A stretch of DNA of 64,000 nucleotides from contig JAFWFV010000054.1 of NCBI GenBank assembly GCA_017515465.1, forward strand, positions 1,479-65,478, read 5' to 3'. The stretch comes from Clostridiales bacterium (GTDB lineage: Bacteria > Bacillota > Clostridia > Saccharofermentanales > Saccharofermentanaceae). Below the pieces are notes generated by a model, which saw only the letters and a program-made list of their open reading frames with translations, made no database searches and was not told the origin of the DNA. The position numbers and the translations under genes were made by a program. Below, piece after piece: positions 36,026 to 45,332 of this stretch. Every line of letters begins with the position of its first letter. Position 1 is the first letter of the stretch.

Positions 36026-36445
36026 TCACATCTTAAAGCCCAGGGGCAGGAGTTCGGACAGGGCGTGAGCTTCCAGTTCGTCCTTCTCGTCCTTGAGGAC
36101 GATGAGGAAGGAATCGGGATCGCAGAACTCGTTCATTACCTGCCTGCATACTCCGCAGGGCGGGCATTTGCATGTCTTTGTCTCACCGGTCTTTCCGCCG
36201 GCGACAGCTATTGCCTTGAAATCGGACTTGTTCCTGTAGCCGTCGGATACGGCTTTAAAGAAAGCGACCCTCTCGGCACAGCATGTTGGTGTGTAAGACG
36301 CATTTTCGATGTTGGCTCCCAGATATATCTTCTCGTCTGCCGTCAGGAGCGCTGCTCCCACAGTAAAGCCAGAATAAGGCGCATATGCCATATCCCTGGC
36401 CCTTGCGGCTTCGTCTGCCAACTGATAAAAATCGATCCTCTTCAT
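36026..36445 (-). CDS. cdd: cytidine deaminase
   Basis: 139 aa with the zinc ligands CAERVA and CPPCGVCRQ. Confidence 0.9.
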   Translation of the reverse strand: MKRIDFYQLADEAARARDMAYAPYSGFTVGAALLTADEKIYLGANIENASYTPTCCAERVAFFKAVSDGYRNKSDFKAIAVAGGKTGETKTCKCPPCGVCRQVMNEFCDPDSFLIVLKDEKDELEAHALSELLPLGFKM

Positions 36446-36455
36446 ATTGTTTCTC

Positions 36456-39400
36456 CTATCGGTTCGTAATGACTATGAGCGATTCGCCCGGCTGCAGGTT
36501 ATATCTTCTGTATGAATTGGACAGCCTCATCGTCGTTAGGTGTCTGCCGTCACTTGAATACCTGTCTACGGAAGAGCTCAAAAAGCTCTGTCCGGCATTA
36601 TACATCAGGAACTGCTTCAGGCTGTCCGAGGTGTTAGTAACCACCATGTAGGTCGAGTTGTCTCTGTCGAACTGGGCCGTTGAACAGTCTGCCAGGAAGG
36701 ATTCGGCACTCTGGCCGCTGTCGGATCTCATGGGATCTGCAACGTTTACATACATCCTGTCGGAACCTGCAAAATCCTTTATGAGGCTCAGCATGTTGAG
36801 GGCCATTATCATCTCCTCCCCCTTCTCGAAAACGTTCTCGTCCTCATAAAGAGCAGGCTTGAAGGATGTGCGGCAATTGATCATCGCCATCTCCGTCGAT
36901 ATGGAATCCTCACCCAGTACGGCAGTAATATACTGTGCCAGGTTAAATGAGCCGTTGAAATCAAGTGAGCTGATGAACTCGCCCATGTCCATGCCGGTGG
37001 TTACTCGGGGAGCCTTGTACTGGACCTCCTCATAGACCTCCGAGAGGTTCTGCAGATATGTCTTGCCATCGTCCTGGACAGAGGTCAGGAGCATGCCGGA
37101 ACAATGGGCATCGGCAGAGGAAAGCATGGTCCCTCCGTCGTATCTCATGCCGTCTATGAATACCACCTTGTCCTTGATATCCGTATAGAACTCGGACTGG
37201 GTGATCATGCCGATGACGAAATCAACAAAGCTGCCCCTCTGGACATCGCTGACAAAGCAATCCTCCGTATCGTTGATCTCGATATAGACGTGCTCGAACT
37301 GTCTGCTCCAGGGCAGTGCCGTTCCGTTGTTGATCCTGATGGTCCCGTATTCGGAGGATACAGATCCGCACATGTAGGCTATGATGTTGTTCACCTGTTC
37401 GGGAGTCGTATAGGAACCCAATACGAACCAGGGGTCAGCTCCTGCATCCCTGGTGAGCCTGAGGCTCTTTTCCAGAGACCTGACGTCTGATACCTGATAT
37501 GTTGTTCCCTCGCTGTCAGTGTAGGATGCACCGGTGGACAGTTCTGAGATGCCGTAGAGCACGCTGCCCGAGAATCCGTTGGACCCGATGCCCAGGTTAT
37601 TGAGCCTGATGGCAGAAGGTGCCCCTGCTATTATGGCTGAGGAAAAGCTTTCGGGAATATCCGAATCACCAATGCTGTCAGGTCCTACATAGATGTGGTC
37701 GATCAGAATGGATCCCACGCCTTCGAAGGAGACGTTGAACCTGATCTCCTCATCACTGATCATGTAGTCGTTTACGATGAATACGGCCGAGTATTCCGTA
37801 TAGTTGTTCTTGAGCTTTCTGCACTTGACTCCCTGTCTGCCGAAGGTCTCACCGTCCAGCCAGAGGTTTACCGTGCCGGGTGCGGCCCTGCCCTCCTCTG
37901 CCTTGATGTAGACGCTTACCTTATAGAACTTGTCAGATGCAAAGTTGTCCCTGGCAGTTCCCGGGAGCTTCTGGCTCATGACGTGGATGTTGTGGGTGCT
38001 GCCTGTCATCCTGACGGAGTTGGCCCCGTCGTAGGGATCGGGTGACAGTTCGATGCTGGTTCCTGTTCCGTATGCGTCCCATACGCCCTCATCGGGAGAC
38101 AGGCTCCAGTCATTTCCGTCCGTTACGGACAGTGATGTATATGAATTCGATGTCTCGATGAAGCAGATGTCACCCATGGTGATCGCATCATCGGGAGCGG
38201 AGTTCTCCAGTGTGAAATCCGACAGGACTGATGAAGTATAGAGTTCATCGTCCATGGCAAATATTATCCTGTTGTTCGTACAGGGATAGATGCCGCTGAT
38301 GCCGTTGTTCTCGGATGAGATGGAAACGGCTTCACCTGTCTTGTCGGAGACGATCATGGCCGTCTTGTCGTTTGTGAGGACTATTATCTGGCCGTTGTCC
38401 GTTACAGTGATCTCGCGGGCCAGATCCCTGCTGTCCATGGTCGCGGAAAGCAGACGGCATGAACCGTCATCAGCTATCGCAGTTATGGAACCGTCATCAT
38501 TCAGGATATATACCTGGTCCTGATGGCACACCAGTGATGAAACATTCCTGTCTGAATAGATGTCGCCTGTATCCTCAACGCTGTAGATCAGACCGCCGGT
38601 GGATCTGAGGATCGTATTATCCTCCAGGATGACAATGGTCGTATCCCCTGCCGAATCGATAACGACGGGCTTGGATGATACGGGCAGGGTTATGGGATAA
38701 TACCTGCCGTTCTCGTAAACAAAGAGCTTGTGATCCGATGTAAGTACCGTGAGGTTATTAGATGTTGCGGCGCAGGATACCACTGACATGCTGCCGTCCC
38801 TGTCCTCAGGACCCATCTCCATAAATGATCTGCCGTCAGGTGATGAGAATACGACGCCGTCGCCGGTGACTGCAAAGATGCTGCTGCCATTGCAGGAGAT
38901 ATCAGCGAAGCTGACGTTACCGCCGTCATATGCCTTGATCAGCTGTTCGGAGGTGATGTCTGCCAGTATGGTTCCTGACTCCGTCAATGCGGCAACGGTG
39001 TTCTGCAGGCAGACTGTCTTTATCACCGTCTTGTCGATATTTGCAGACATCTCCATCTCGATGGGGGATATCTGGCCTAACCGGGCGGATTCGAATCCCG
39101 TGATCCTGCCCTCGTATCTCAGCTGCATGCTGCCGCTGCCGTCAATGGATACGACCCTGACGGGCGCTCCTATGGCGCGGGATGTATTGATCTTGCTGGC
39201 CAGTACGTCCTCAGGAGAGAAGAAAAGTGACTTCCCCTCGCTGTCCAGGACGGTAAGGGAATAATAAGCAGATTCCTTTTCAAATGAGGGATTTCGTATC
39301 AGGTTAACGTTGGGGATGTAATCCAGATTGATGCCCGTACCCTTGTACTGTGCATTCTCCATCTGTGTAGTCAGGGACAGGGTCACGAGTTCAGCTCTGA

Positions 39401-39527
39401 ACCCGAAGAGGGCCGTAAGCAGGAGGATCGTAAGGGACAATATGACCACGATGGCCAGTATCAGGATGCCCAGCTTGAGCCTCTTGCGCCTGAGATTGCC
39501 GAACCTGAAGGATTCAAGCCTGTTCAT
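36456..39527 (-). CDS. membrane-anchored multidomain extracytoplasmic protein (propeller-like region, CBM-like module, C-terminal glycosidase-like region), function unknown
   Basis: 1023 aa with one N-terminal TM. The central segment (WSLSPDEGVWDAYGTGTSIEL...SILIDHIYV) resembles a CBM4/9/22-type beta-sandwich. The remaining domain guesses are by eye only. Confidence 0.4.
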   Translation of the reverse strand: MNRLESFRFGNLRRKRLKLGILILAIVVILSLTILLLTALFGFRAELVTLSLTTQMENAQYKGTGINLDYIPNVNLIRNPSFEKESAYYSLTVLDSEGKSLFFSPEDVLASKINTSRAIGAPVRVVSIDGSGSMQLRYEGRITGFESARLGQISPIEMEMSANIDKTVIKTVCLQNTVAALTESGTILADITSEQLIKAYDGGNVSFADISCNGSSIFAVTGDGVVFSSPDGRSFMEMGPEDRDGSMSVVSCAATSNNLTVLTSDHKLFVYENGRYYPITLPVSSKPVVIDSAGDTTIVILEDNTILRSTGGLIYSVEDTGDIYSDRNVSSLVCHQDQVYILNDDGSITAIADDGSCRLLSATMDSRDLAREITVTDNGQIIVLTNDKTAMIVSDKTGEAVSISSENNGISGIYPCTNNRIIFAMDDELYTSSVLSDFTLENSAPDDAITMGDICFIETSNSYTSLSVTDGNDWSLSPDEGVWDAYGTGTSIELSPDPYDGANSVRMTGSTHNIHVMSQKLPGTARDNFASDKFYKVSVYIKAEEGRAAPGTVNLWLDGETFGRQGVKCRKLKNNYTEYSAVFIVNDYMISDEEIRFNVSFEGVGSILIDHIYVGPDSIGDSDIPESFSSAIIAGAPSAIRLNNLGIGSNGFSGSVLYGISELSTGASYTDSEGTTYQVSDVRSLEKSLRLTRDAGADPWFVLGSYTTPEQVNNIIAYMCGSVSSEYGTIRINNGTALPWSRQFEHVYIEINDTEDCFVSDVQRGSFVDFVIGMITQSEFYTDIKDKVVFIDGMRYDGGTMLSSADAHCSGMLLTSVQDDGKTYLQNLSEVYEEVQYKAPRVTTGMDMGEFISSLDFNGSFNLAQYITAVLGEDSISTEMAMINCRTSFKPALYEDENVFEKGEEMIMALNMLSLIKDFAGSDRMYVNVADPMRSDSGQSAESFLADCSTAQFDRDNSTYMVVTNTSDSLKQFLMYNAGQSFLSSSVDRYSSDGRHLTTMRLSNSYRRYNLQPGESLIVITNR

Positions 39528-40416
39528 TAGCCGTCTCCTCCTGTCCGTGATTCTTGAGATAGATCTTCTTCGCCAGGAAGAAGAGTGCGGGAACGGTCAT
39601 CATGAACTGAATGGTATAAAGACCGAATAACTGCTGGGTGTCAAAGCCGGTGAGTTCTGATATGTAATACAGACCCGATCCGAAGAAATTAAACACCGAG
39701 TGAACGATCACAGATACTATTAGATTGTCGTAAGCATAATATGTCAGTGCCATAAACAGTCCCGCTATGATGGCATATCCTATGTGGAGGGACACTCCGT
39801 GTAATATGCCGAATAATACTGCTGAAATGACCGCTGCGATTCCGGGTGAGAACACCTTGCTGATAGATCCGTAGGCTATGCCCCTGAATGCTATCTCCTC
39901 CTCAAAAGGAACGATCACGATCAGCGAAATGATGTAGAGGATCTGATCCCAGACGGGGTAGATTATCTCATCATCGTAGGTCTTTATGTGGTCGGAATAC
40001 TCCTGTACGGATTCCTTCATGGAATCCAGGTATTCACTGATGATCCTCGCAAACCTCATGTATGTGGTCACGAATGCCAGGAGCGCCAGACCCATGGCGA
40101 TCCCGAACAGGATCATGCTTATCCTGGGAACGGAGACCCTGATCAGGTCTCCTCCGGTCTTGAACAGGAACATGCCGGCAAACCTGGATATGATCAGCAG
40201 AAATGAGATCCCCAGTACTGATGTCGCCATGCTGTACAGACCCTGGTAATAACCGATATCAAATCCGAAATACAGCAGAGCCAGACCGGATACGATGTCG
40301 GATACGTAGAGCACCGCGATGGAAAGCGCTGTACAGAGCGTTACGTTCATCAGCCCTCTGGCTGTATCCATGAACCACTTTCTGTTGAACTTTGCAGGAG
40401 CTATACCGGTTTCCAA
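39514..40416 (-). CDS. CPBP-family intramembrane protease (second copy in the window)
   Basis: 300 aa and multi-TM, with motifs EEEIAFRGI, FGILHG and VHSVFNF. Confidence 0.8.
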   Translation of the reverse strand: METGIAPAKFNRKWFMDTARGLMNVTLCTALSIAVLYVSDIVSGLALLYFGFDIGYYQGLYSMATSVLGISFLLIISRFAGMFLFKTGGDLIRVSVPRISMILFGIAMGLALLAFVTTYMRFARIISEYLDSMKESVQEYSDHIKTYDDEIIYPVWDQILYIISLIVIVPFEEEIAFRGIAYGSISKVFSPGIAAVISAVLFGILHGVSLHIGYAIIAGLFMALTYYAYDNLIVSVIVHSVFNFFGSGLYYISELTGFDTQQLFGLYTIQFMMTVPALFFLAKKIYLKNHGQEETANEQA

Positions 40417-40422
40417 ATCAAC

Positions 40423-40794
40423 TTACCCTGCCGCGCTGCCCCTGACCCTGGCGCCCTGCTTGATCGTGCCGTAGTATCTCCTCATGAAGCATACGAAAGC
40501 AGTCTCAAGCTCGATGGAATCCTTGATGGAATAGAACAGCTGGTCTCCCGTTACGGAAAACTCAGTCCTCATGATGACCAGTTCAGGATCCTCATGTGAT
40601 CCGTCGTCGGGAACGTAATTATACATCACGACATACTCGTTCTTGTTCAGAACGAAGGTATCGATCATGGACAGGTAGTATTCCTTACGGGTGTAAGGAT
40701 CCCTGATGACGATAAGCTCGTTATCGTTCTTATCGCTGATCCTGTCCGGTTTCTTGACGGATTTGGCCTGGGGCTTCCTGCGGTTGCTCTTCAT
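40423..40794 (-). CDS. DUF1292-like protein with a basic N-terminal tail
   Basis: 123 aa. The DUF1292-type pattern is present (LIVIRDPYTRKEYYLSMIDTFVLNKNEYVVMYNY...ELVIMR). Confidence 0.55.
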   Translation of the reverse strand: MKSNRRKPQAKSVKKPDRISDKNDNELIVIRDPYTRKEYYLSMIDTFVLNKNEYVVMYNYVPDDGSHEDPELVIMRTEFSVTGDQLFYSIKDSIELETAFVCFMRRYYGTIKQGARVRGSAAG

Positions 40795-41105
40795 CAGTTG
40801 CCGCCTTCCTGATCTCCGTCTTCCTCGTCAAAGAGCTGATCGCACAGCTCATCGTAATAATCGTAGATGATGTCTTCCTTGTCCTCATCAATTGTCTGGA
40901 GCATGATCTCGCCATTCTCGCCTTCGATCTGTTCCATAATGATCATCTCAGTCTCTTCCTCATCCTCCTCATTGGTCAGGAGAACAGCATACGACTTGCC
41001 GTTAAGGTCGAACTGATCTGCATATATGAATTCCAGGATGTCTCCTGTCTCTTCGTCAACGATCTTGATGATGGAATCCTCGTTGGTGTTGTCCATATTA
41101 TCCAT
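40794..41105 (-). CDS. DUF1292 domain protein
   Basis: IIKIVDEETGDILEFIYADQFDLNGKSYAVLLTNEE...MIIMEQIE. I prefer the start at MDNMDN (ATG 41105-41103), which has a GGAGGT Shine-Dalgarno 5 nt upstream. Confidence 0.7.
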   Translation of the reverse strand: MDNMDNTNEDSIIKIVDEETGDILEFIYADQFDLNGKSYAVLLTNEEDEEETEMIIMEQIEGENGEIMLQTIDEDKEDIIYDYYDELCDQLFDEEDGDQEGGN

Positions 41106-41214
41106 ATGTAACCTCCGCATGTTAAGATTGACGCACACAATGCGACATTATATTTTAACATATTTATTATTATAATGTGAGACAGGAATTAAGTTGCCGC
41201 AATAAAGCCTAATA

Positions 41215-41634
41215 TCAGCCCAGGAATTCCTGGAGGATGATCTCGGCAGCCACCTGGTCGATTACCTTTTTCTGGTTCCTGGCCTTGACGTTCGTGTCGT
41301 GGAGATATCTGGATGCAATGACCGTGGTAAAGCGCTCGTCCCTGAGATGGATGGGCAGGTCCACCCTCTCCTTGAGCCTTTCAGCGAAGAGGTTGGCCTT
41401 TCTCTCGGACTCGGATTCGGTCCCGTCAGTCCTTTTGGGCTGGCCCAGTACGATCTCCGTTACGTTCTTTTCATTGATGATCTCGGTGATCCTGTTCAGG
41501 GCCCATTCATCATCGACGCCGTTCCAGTTGATCGTCTCAAAACCCTTGGCGATAATGCGCAGTTCATCAGACAAGGCAACACCAATGTGCCTCATACCGA
41601 AGTCGATACCCATTACGCGGCCTTTATTCTGCAT
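41215..41634 (-). CDS. ruvX: Holliday-junction resolvase-like nuclease RuvX (YqgF)
   Basis: RVMGIDFGMRHIGVALSD is a YqgF-type N-terminus. The start at M6 shares TGATG with the ireB stop. Confidence 0.85.
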   Translation of the reverse strand: MQNKGRVMGIDFGMRHIGVALSDELRIIAKGFETINWNGVDDEWALNRITEIINEKNVTEIVLGQPKRTDGTESESERKANLFAERLKERVDLPIHLRDERFTTVIASRYLHDTNVKARNQKKVIDQVAAEIILQEFLG

Positions 41635-41915
41635 CAGAGCTTGGAACAATATTCGGAGATGATGACCTCCAGGAGTTCGTCCCTGTCGATCCTCTTGATA
41701 TATCCCCTGGCACCCTTATAACTGGTGATATAGGTAGGATCTCCCGAAATAAAATAGCCTACGAGCTGATTGATGGGATTATATCCCCTCTCCTTAAGTG
41801 CTCCATAGACATAGGTCATGAGGACACGTGCATTCGCTGTCCTGTCACCTGAGAAATTAAATTTCGTGGTATCAGTTTCCACCCGGGAGTCCTCCACATA
41901 ATTACTGATAGGCAT
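41634..41915 (-). CDS. ireB: IreB-family regulatory phosphoprotein (UPF0297)
   Basis: 93 aa reading TKFNFSGD...VYGALKERGYNPINQLVGYFISGDPTYITSYKGAR. Confidence 0.85.
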   Translation of the reverse strand: MPISNYVEDSRVETDTTKFNFSGDRTANARVLMTYVYGALKERGYNPINQLVGYFISGDPTYITSYKGARGYIKRIDRDELLEVIISEYCSKL

Positions 41916-41980
41916 ATTCTATCACAGAACAGCCCGTGTGGTACACAATTATTTTGCGTTTGTCGATATATCCGGTTCCC

Positions 41981-42724
41981 TCAGAGCACCTTGGCCAGGA
42001 ATGTCCTGAGCCTGTCATTAGAAGGGTCGTTAAAGATCTCATCAGGCGCGCCATCCGTTATGATCTTGCCCTCTGCCATAAAGATCACGCGGGATGCAAC
42101 TTCCCTGGCAAAGCCCATCTCATGGGTAACGACGGCCATCGTCATGCCTTCGCTCGCCAGCTGCTTCATAACGTCCAAGACCTCGCCGACCATCTCGGGG
42201 TCAAGTGCTGATGTGGGTTCGTCAAAGAGCAATACGTCAGGCGACATGCACAGCGCCCTTACAATTGCGATCCTCTGTTTCTGGCCTCCGGAAAGCTGGT
42301 TGGGGTATGCGCCGGCACGGTCCTGCAGGGCAACCTTGGCCAGCAGATCCATCGCCTTGGCCTCGGCATCTTCCTTACTCATCCCCAGGAGCTTTCTGGG
42401 ACCTAGGGTCATGTTGTCCAGGACCGTCATATGGGGGAAAAGGTTAAAGTGCTGGAACACCATTCCCATCTTCTGGCGGAGCTTGTTGATGTCAGTCTTG
42501 GGTGAAGTAATGTCCACGCCCTCGAACAGGATCTTGCCCGCACTGGGACGTTCCAGGAGATTAAGGGATCTGAGGAAGGTTGATTTGCCTGAGCCGGAGG
42601 GCCCGATAATGGCTACGACCTCTCCCCTGCCGATGGTGGTGGTAACGCCGTCTAAGGCCCTGATCTCACCGTTATTGTAGTATTTCTTCAGGTCCGTGAC
42701 CTGTATCAGCCTGTCATCGTTCAC
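41981..42724 (-). CDS. amino-acid ABC transporter ATP-binding protein
   Basis: Walker [10 protein letters not shown], signature LSGGQKQR and Walker [12 protein letters not shown]. It is GlnQ-like. Confidence 0.9.
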   Translation of the reverse strand: MNDDRLIQVTDLKKYYNNGEIRALDGVTTTIGRGEVVAIIGPSGSGKSTFLRSLNLLERPSAGKILFEGVDITSPKTDINKLRQKMGMVFQHFNLFPHMTVLDNMTLGPRKLLGMSKEDAEAKAMDLLAKVALQDRAGAYPNQLSGGQKQRIAIVRALCMSPDVLLFDEPTSALDPEMVGEVLDVMKQLASEGMTMAVVTHEMGFAREVASRVIFMAEGKIITDGAPDEIFNDPSNDRLRTFLAKVL

Positions 42725-43472
42725 TGTTTCTCAGCCTCCTCTCGAGAAGGGATACCATCTTGGAAAAGAACATGACTATGACGAGATAGATGGCAGCAAC
42801 GGCCAGGAGAGGCATAAATGCCGAGTAGGTGCGGCTCCTGATTATGTCTCCTCCCTTTGTCATGTCCTCCAGTCCGATGTAACCTGATACGGAAGTCTCC
42901 TTGAGGAGAACGATAAATTCGTTTGCCAGTGCAGGCAGCACGTTCTTAAATGCCTGTGGAATGATGATGTAGATCATGGTCTGGACATAATTAAAGCCCA
43001 GGGACCTGCCTGCCTCGAACTGTCCTTGATCGATGCTCATGATGCCCGATCTGATTATCTCGGCCACATATGCGCCGGAGTTGATGCCGAAAGCCAGTAT
43101 CGCCACCAATACCTTGTTCTTGGACGAAGCGAAGATGACGAAATATGCGATCATGAGCTGGACGACTACAGGTGTTCCCCTGATCACAGTCAGATATAAG
43201 TTGGTTACAGCATTTAAGAAGGACAGTACAGCCTTGCCGAAACCGGGTCTCATCTCAACGGAGATCTTGTCATATGTGGACCTGACAATGGCACAGATGA
43301 TACCCAGTGCAATGCCGAGCAATACTGCAAAGAAAGTAACCTCGAGAGTCAGTCCCAGGCCCTTGACGATATACATGTACCTGTCATCCTTGACAAAGTT
43401 CAGGATGAACTCATCACCTATCCCTGCCAGCCATTCGCTGAGCCACGCCGGCATATCAAAACAACAGATCAA
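42714..43472 (-). CDS. amino-acid ABC transporter permease (His/Glu/Gln/Arg type)
   Basis: 252 aa and multi-TM. The EAA region reads [24 protein letters not shown]. Confidence 0.85.
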   Translation of the reverse strand: MICCFDMPAWLSEWLAGIGDEFILNFVKDDRYMYIVKGLGLTLEVTFFAVLLGIALGIICAIVRSTYDKISVEMRPGFGKAVLSFLNAVTNLYLTVIRGTPVVVQLMIAYFVIFASSKNKVLVAILAFGINSGAYVAEIIRSGIMSIDQGQFEAGRSLGFNYVQTMIYIIIPQAFKNVLPALANEFIVLLKETSVSGYIGLEDMTKGGDIIRSRTYSAFMPLLAVAAIYLVIVMFFSKMVSLLERRLRNSER

Positions 43473-43516
43473 AACAATTCCTCCGGTTTCACGCGTATTT
43501 TACTATTGTAAAAAAT

Positions 43517-43551
43517 AAAAGAGCGGAAATAAAGTACTATTTCCGCTCTTT
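43517..43551 (-). terminator. intra-operon hairpin/terminator between the SBP and permease genes
   Basis: AAAGAGCGGAAATA-loop-TATTTCCGCTCTTT (14 bp) with T-tracts on both sides. Confidence 0.6.
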
Positions 43552-43574
43552 TTGTTAATATTCAGCCTAAACTA

Positions 43575-44348
43575 TCAGCCGTTGGAAGGAATGTACTTCT
43601 CGATGATGGCTGCGATGGTGCCGTCATCAGTCATTGCCTTCAGGGCATCGTTGATCTTGTTCAGGAGCTCTTCGTTGTCCTTGTTGAGGCACATAGCGTA
43701 GTCCTCTACAGCGTAAGGTGTATCAAGGATAACGAGGCCTTCGTTAGCCTCAACGAAAGCGTTTGCAGGCTCGTTGTCGATGACTACTGCATCAACCTGA
43801 CCGTTTGTCAGAGCCAGGACTGCGTCTGCACCCTTGTTGAATCTCTCAACCCTGTCATCGCCTACTTCATCAGACATGTAGATGTCACCTGTTGTACCCT
43901 GCTGAACGCCTACTGTGTAATCGCCTGCGATGAGAGCGTCTGCATCTGCGATGTCAGAACCGTCTGCAACGATGATAACCTGGATGCCTGTAGCATAAGG
44001 TGTTGTGAAGTTGACTGACTTGAGTCTGTCCTCTGTAACTGTCATGCCGGCACATCCGATGTCGTACTTGCCTGCCTGAACGCCTGTGATGATGGAATCG
44101 AACTCAACATCCTGGATCTCCAGCTCGAGACCGAGTCTTGTTGCTACCTCAGCAGCGATCTCCTGGTCGATGCCTACGATCTTGTCACCCTCATAGAATT
44201 CATAAGGGGGGAAGAAAGCATTTGTAGCCATGATGAGCTTGCCATCTTCTACTGTCAGCTTATTGCTGCTTCCTGCACAGCCTGCAAGAGCGAGGCCCAT
44301 AGCACCGATGAGTGCGGCAGAAACAACTTTTGTAAGTAAATTCTTCAT
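43575..44348 (-). CDS. amino-acid ABC transporter substrate-binding lipoprotein
   Basis: I prefer the start MKNLLTKVVSAALIGAMGLALAGC (the lipobox), which has a GAGGAGA Shine-Dalgarno. It has the family-3 SBP pattern (MATNAFFPPYEF, GMTVTEDR). Confidence 0.85.
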   Translation of the reverse strand: MKNLLTKVVSAALIGAMGLALAGCAGSSNKLTVEDGKLIMATNAFFPPYEFYEGDKIVGIDQEIAAEVATRLGLELEIQDVEFDSIITGVQAGKYDIGCAGMTVTEDRLKSVNFTTPYATGIQVIIVADGSDIADADALIAGDYTVGVQQGTTGDIYMSDEVGDDRVERFNKGADAVLALTNGQVDAVVIDNEPANAFVEANEGLVILDTPYAVEDYAMCLNKDNEELLNKINDALKAMTDDGTIAAIIEKYIPSNG

Positions 44349-44501
44349 AATCTCTCTCCTCAAATTAAATATGCCGCAATGCGACACAGTAATTATATGT
44401 TCTGTTTCCTTTGTAAGCACTTATTTAATTTGACAAAGAAACACGTTTTTAATTGATTTTTTTGTCATTAGTGCCTTAAGATTCCCGCTTTTGAGGGTGT
44501 T

Positions 44502-45332
44502 TTGAACAAATTGTTTCAGACGGGATGCATCATTCCTTATAATCTAACCATGAGGACTTTTAAAGACAGCATATATGCCAGGATCAGGCAGTTGGAACAG
44601 CTCATCGATGCGAAGGAGCAGGCGTTAGCCGTGGCCCCTGACGGCTTCCTTAAGATCTGCGGCAGCAGCCGGGACAAGTTATATCACGTTAACGGAAATG
44701 TCATGAAATACATGACACATGATACCTGCAGTCCCCTGCCGGGACTTCTGGCCCAGAAATCCTATGATGCAGATGTTCTCAGATGTGCCCGAAAGGAACT
44801 GAGGCTCCTGAAAAATGTATATGATCGATATCCCTCACCCGGTATCGAAGGGTTATATGAGGACCTCAGCCCGGTCCGCAGGGAACTGGTAAGACCTGTG
44901 ATCACACCCGATGACGAGTTTATCGCCTCCTGGATTAACACACCGTATATACATAAGCCATTTGACAATGACACCCCTGTCATACTCACCGGAAAGGGCG
45001 AACGGGTCAGGTCCAAATCGGAGAAGATAATAGCCGATTTCTACGATTCACATGGTGTTCCATATAAATACGAGTGCCCGCTGACCGGTACCGACGGCCG
45101 GGTCCTCTATCCCGACTTTACCCTGCTTTCTGTCAGGAGACGTACAGTCATCTACCACGAGCACTTCGGAATGGCCGATGATCCCGATTACCTGGTCAGG
45201 AATATGCCCAGGCTCTTTTTCTACGAGGATCTGGGGATACTGCTCGGAGACAATCTGATCATTACCTGCGAAACGAAAAACAGGCCTTTTAACACCACAG
45301 GACTGGAAGAAATGATAAAAAGGATCCTGTGA
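44502..45332 (+). CDS. PD-(D/E)XK (restriction-endonuclease-fold) nuclease-like protein, function unknown
   Basis: 276 aa. The C-terminal core RVRSKSEKIIADFYDSHGVPYKYECPL...LYPDFTLL...VIYHEHFGM has the S-E...YE...PDF...EH pattern of PD-(D/E)XK modules. The start is either TTG 44502 (GAGGGTG Shine-Dalgarno) or ATG 44550. Confidence 0.5.
   Translation: MNKLFQTGCIIPYNLTMRTFKDSIYARIRQLEQLIDAKEQALAVAPDGFLKICGSSRDKLYHVNGNVMKYMTHDTCSPLPGLLAQKSYDADVLRCARKELRLLKNVYDRYPSPGIEGLYEDLSPVRRELVRPVITPDDEFIASWINTPYIHKPFDNDTPVILTGKGERVRSKSEKIIADFYDSHGVPYKYECPLTGTDGRVLYPDFTLLSVRRRTVIYHEHFGMADDPDYLVRNMPRLFFYEDLGILLGDNLIITCETKNRPFNTTGLEEMIKRIL

Noticed and set aside
41991-42680. 229-aa plus-strand ORF.
   Set aside because: It is entirely antisense to a textbook ABC ATPase gene with Walker A/B and LSGGQ motifs. 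It has a low-complexity S/L/P-rich composition and no Shine-Dalgarno, so it is a shadow ORF.
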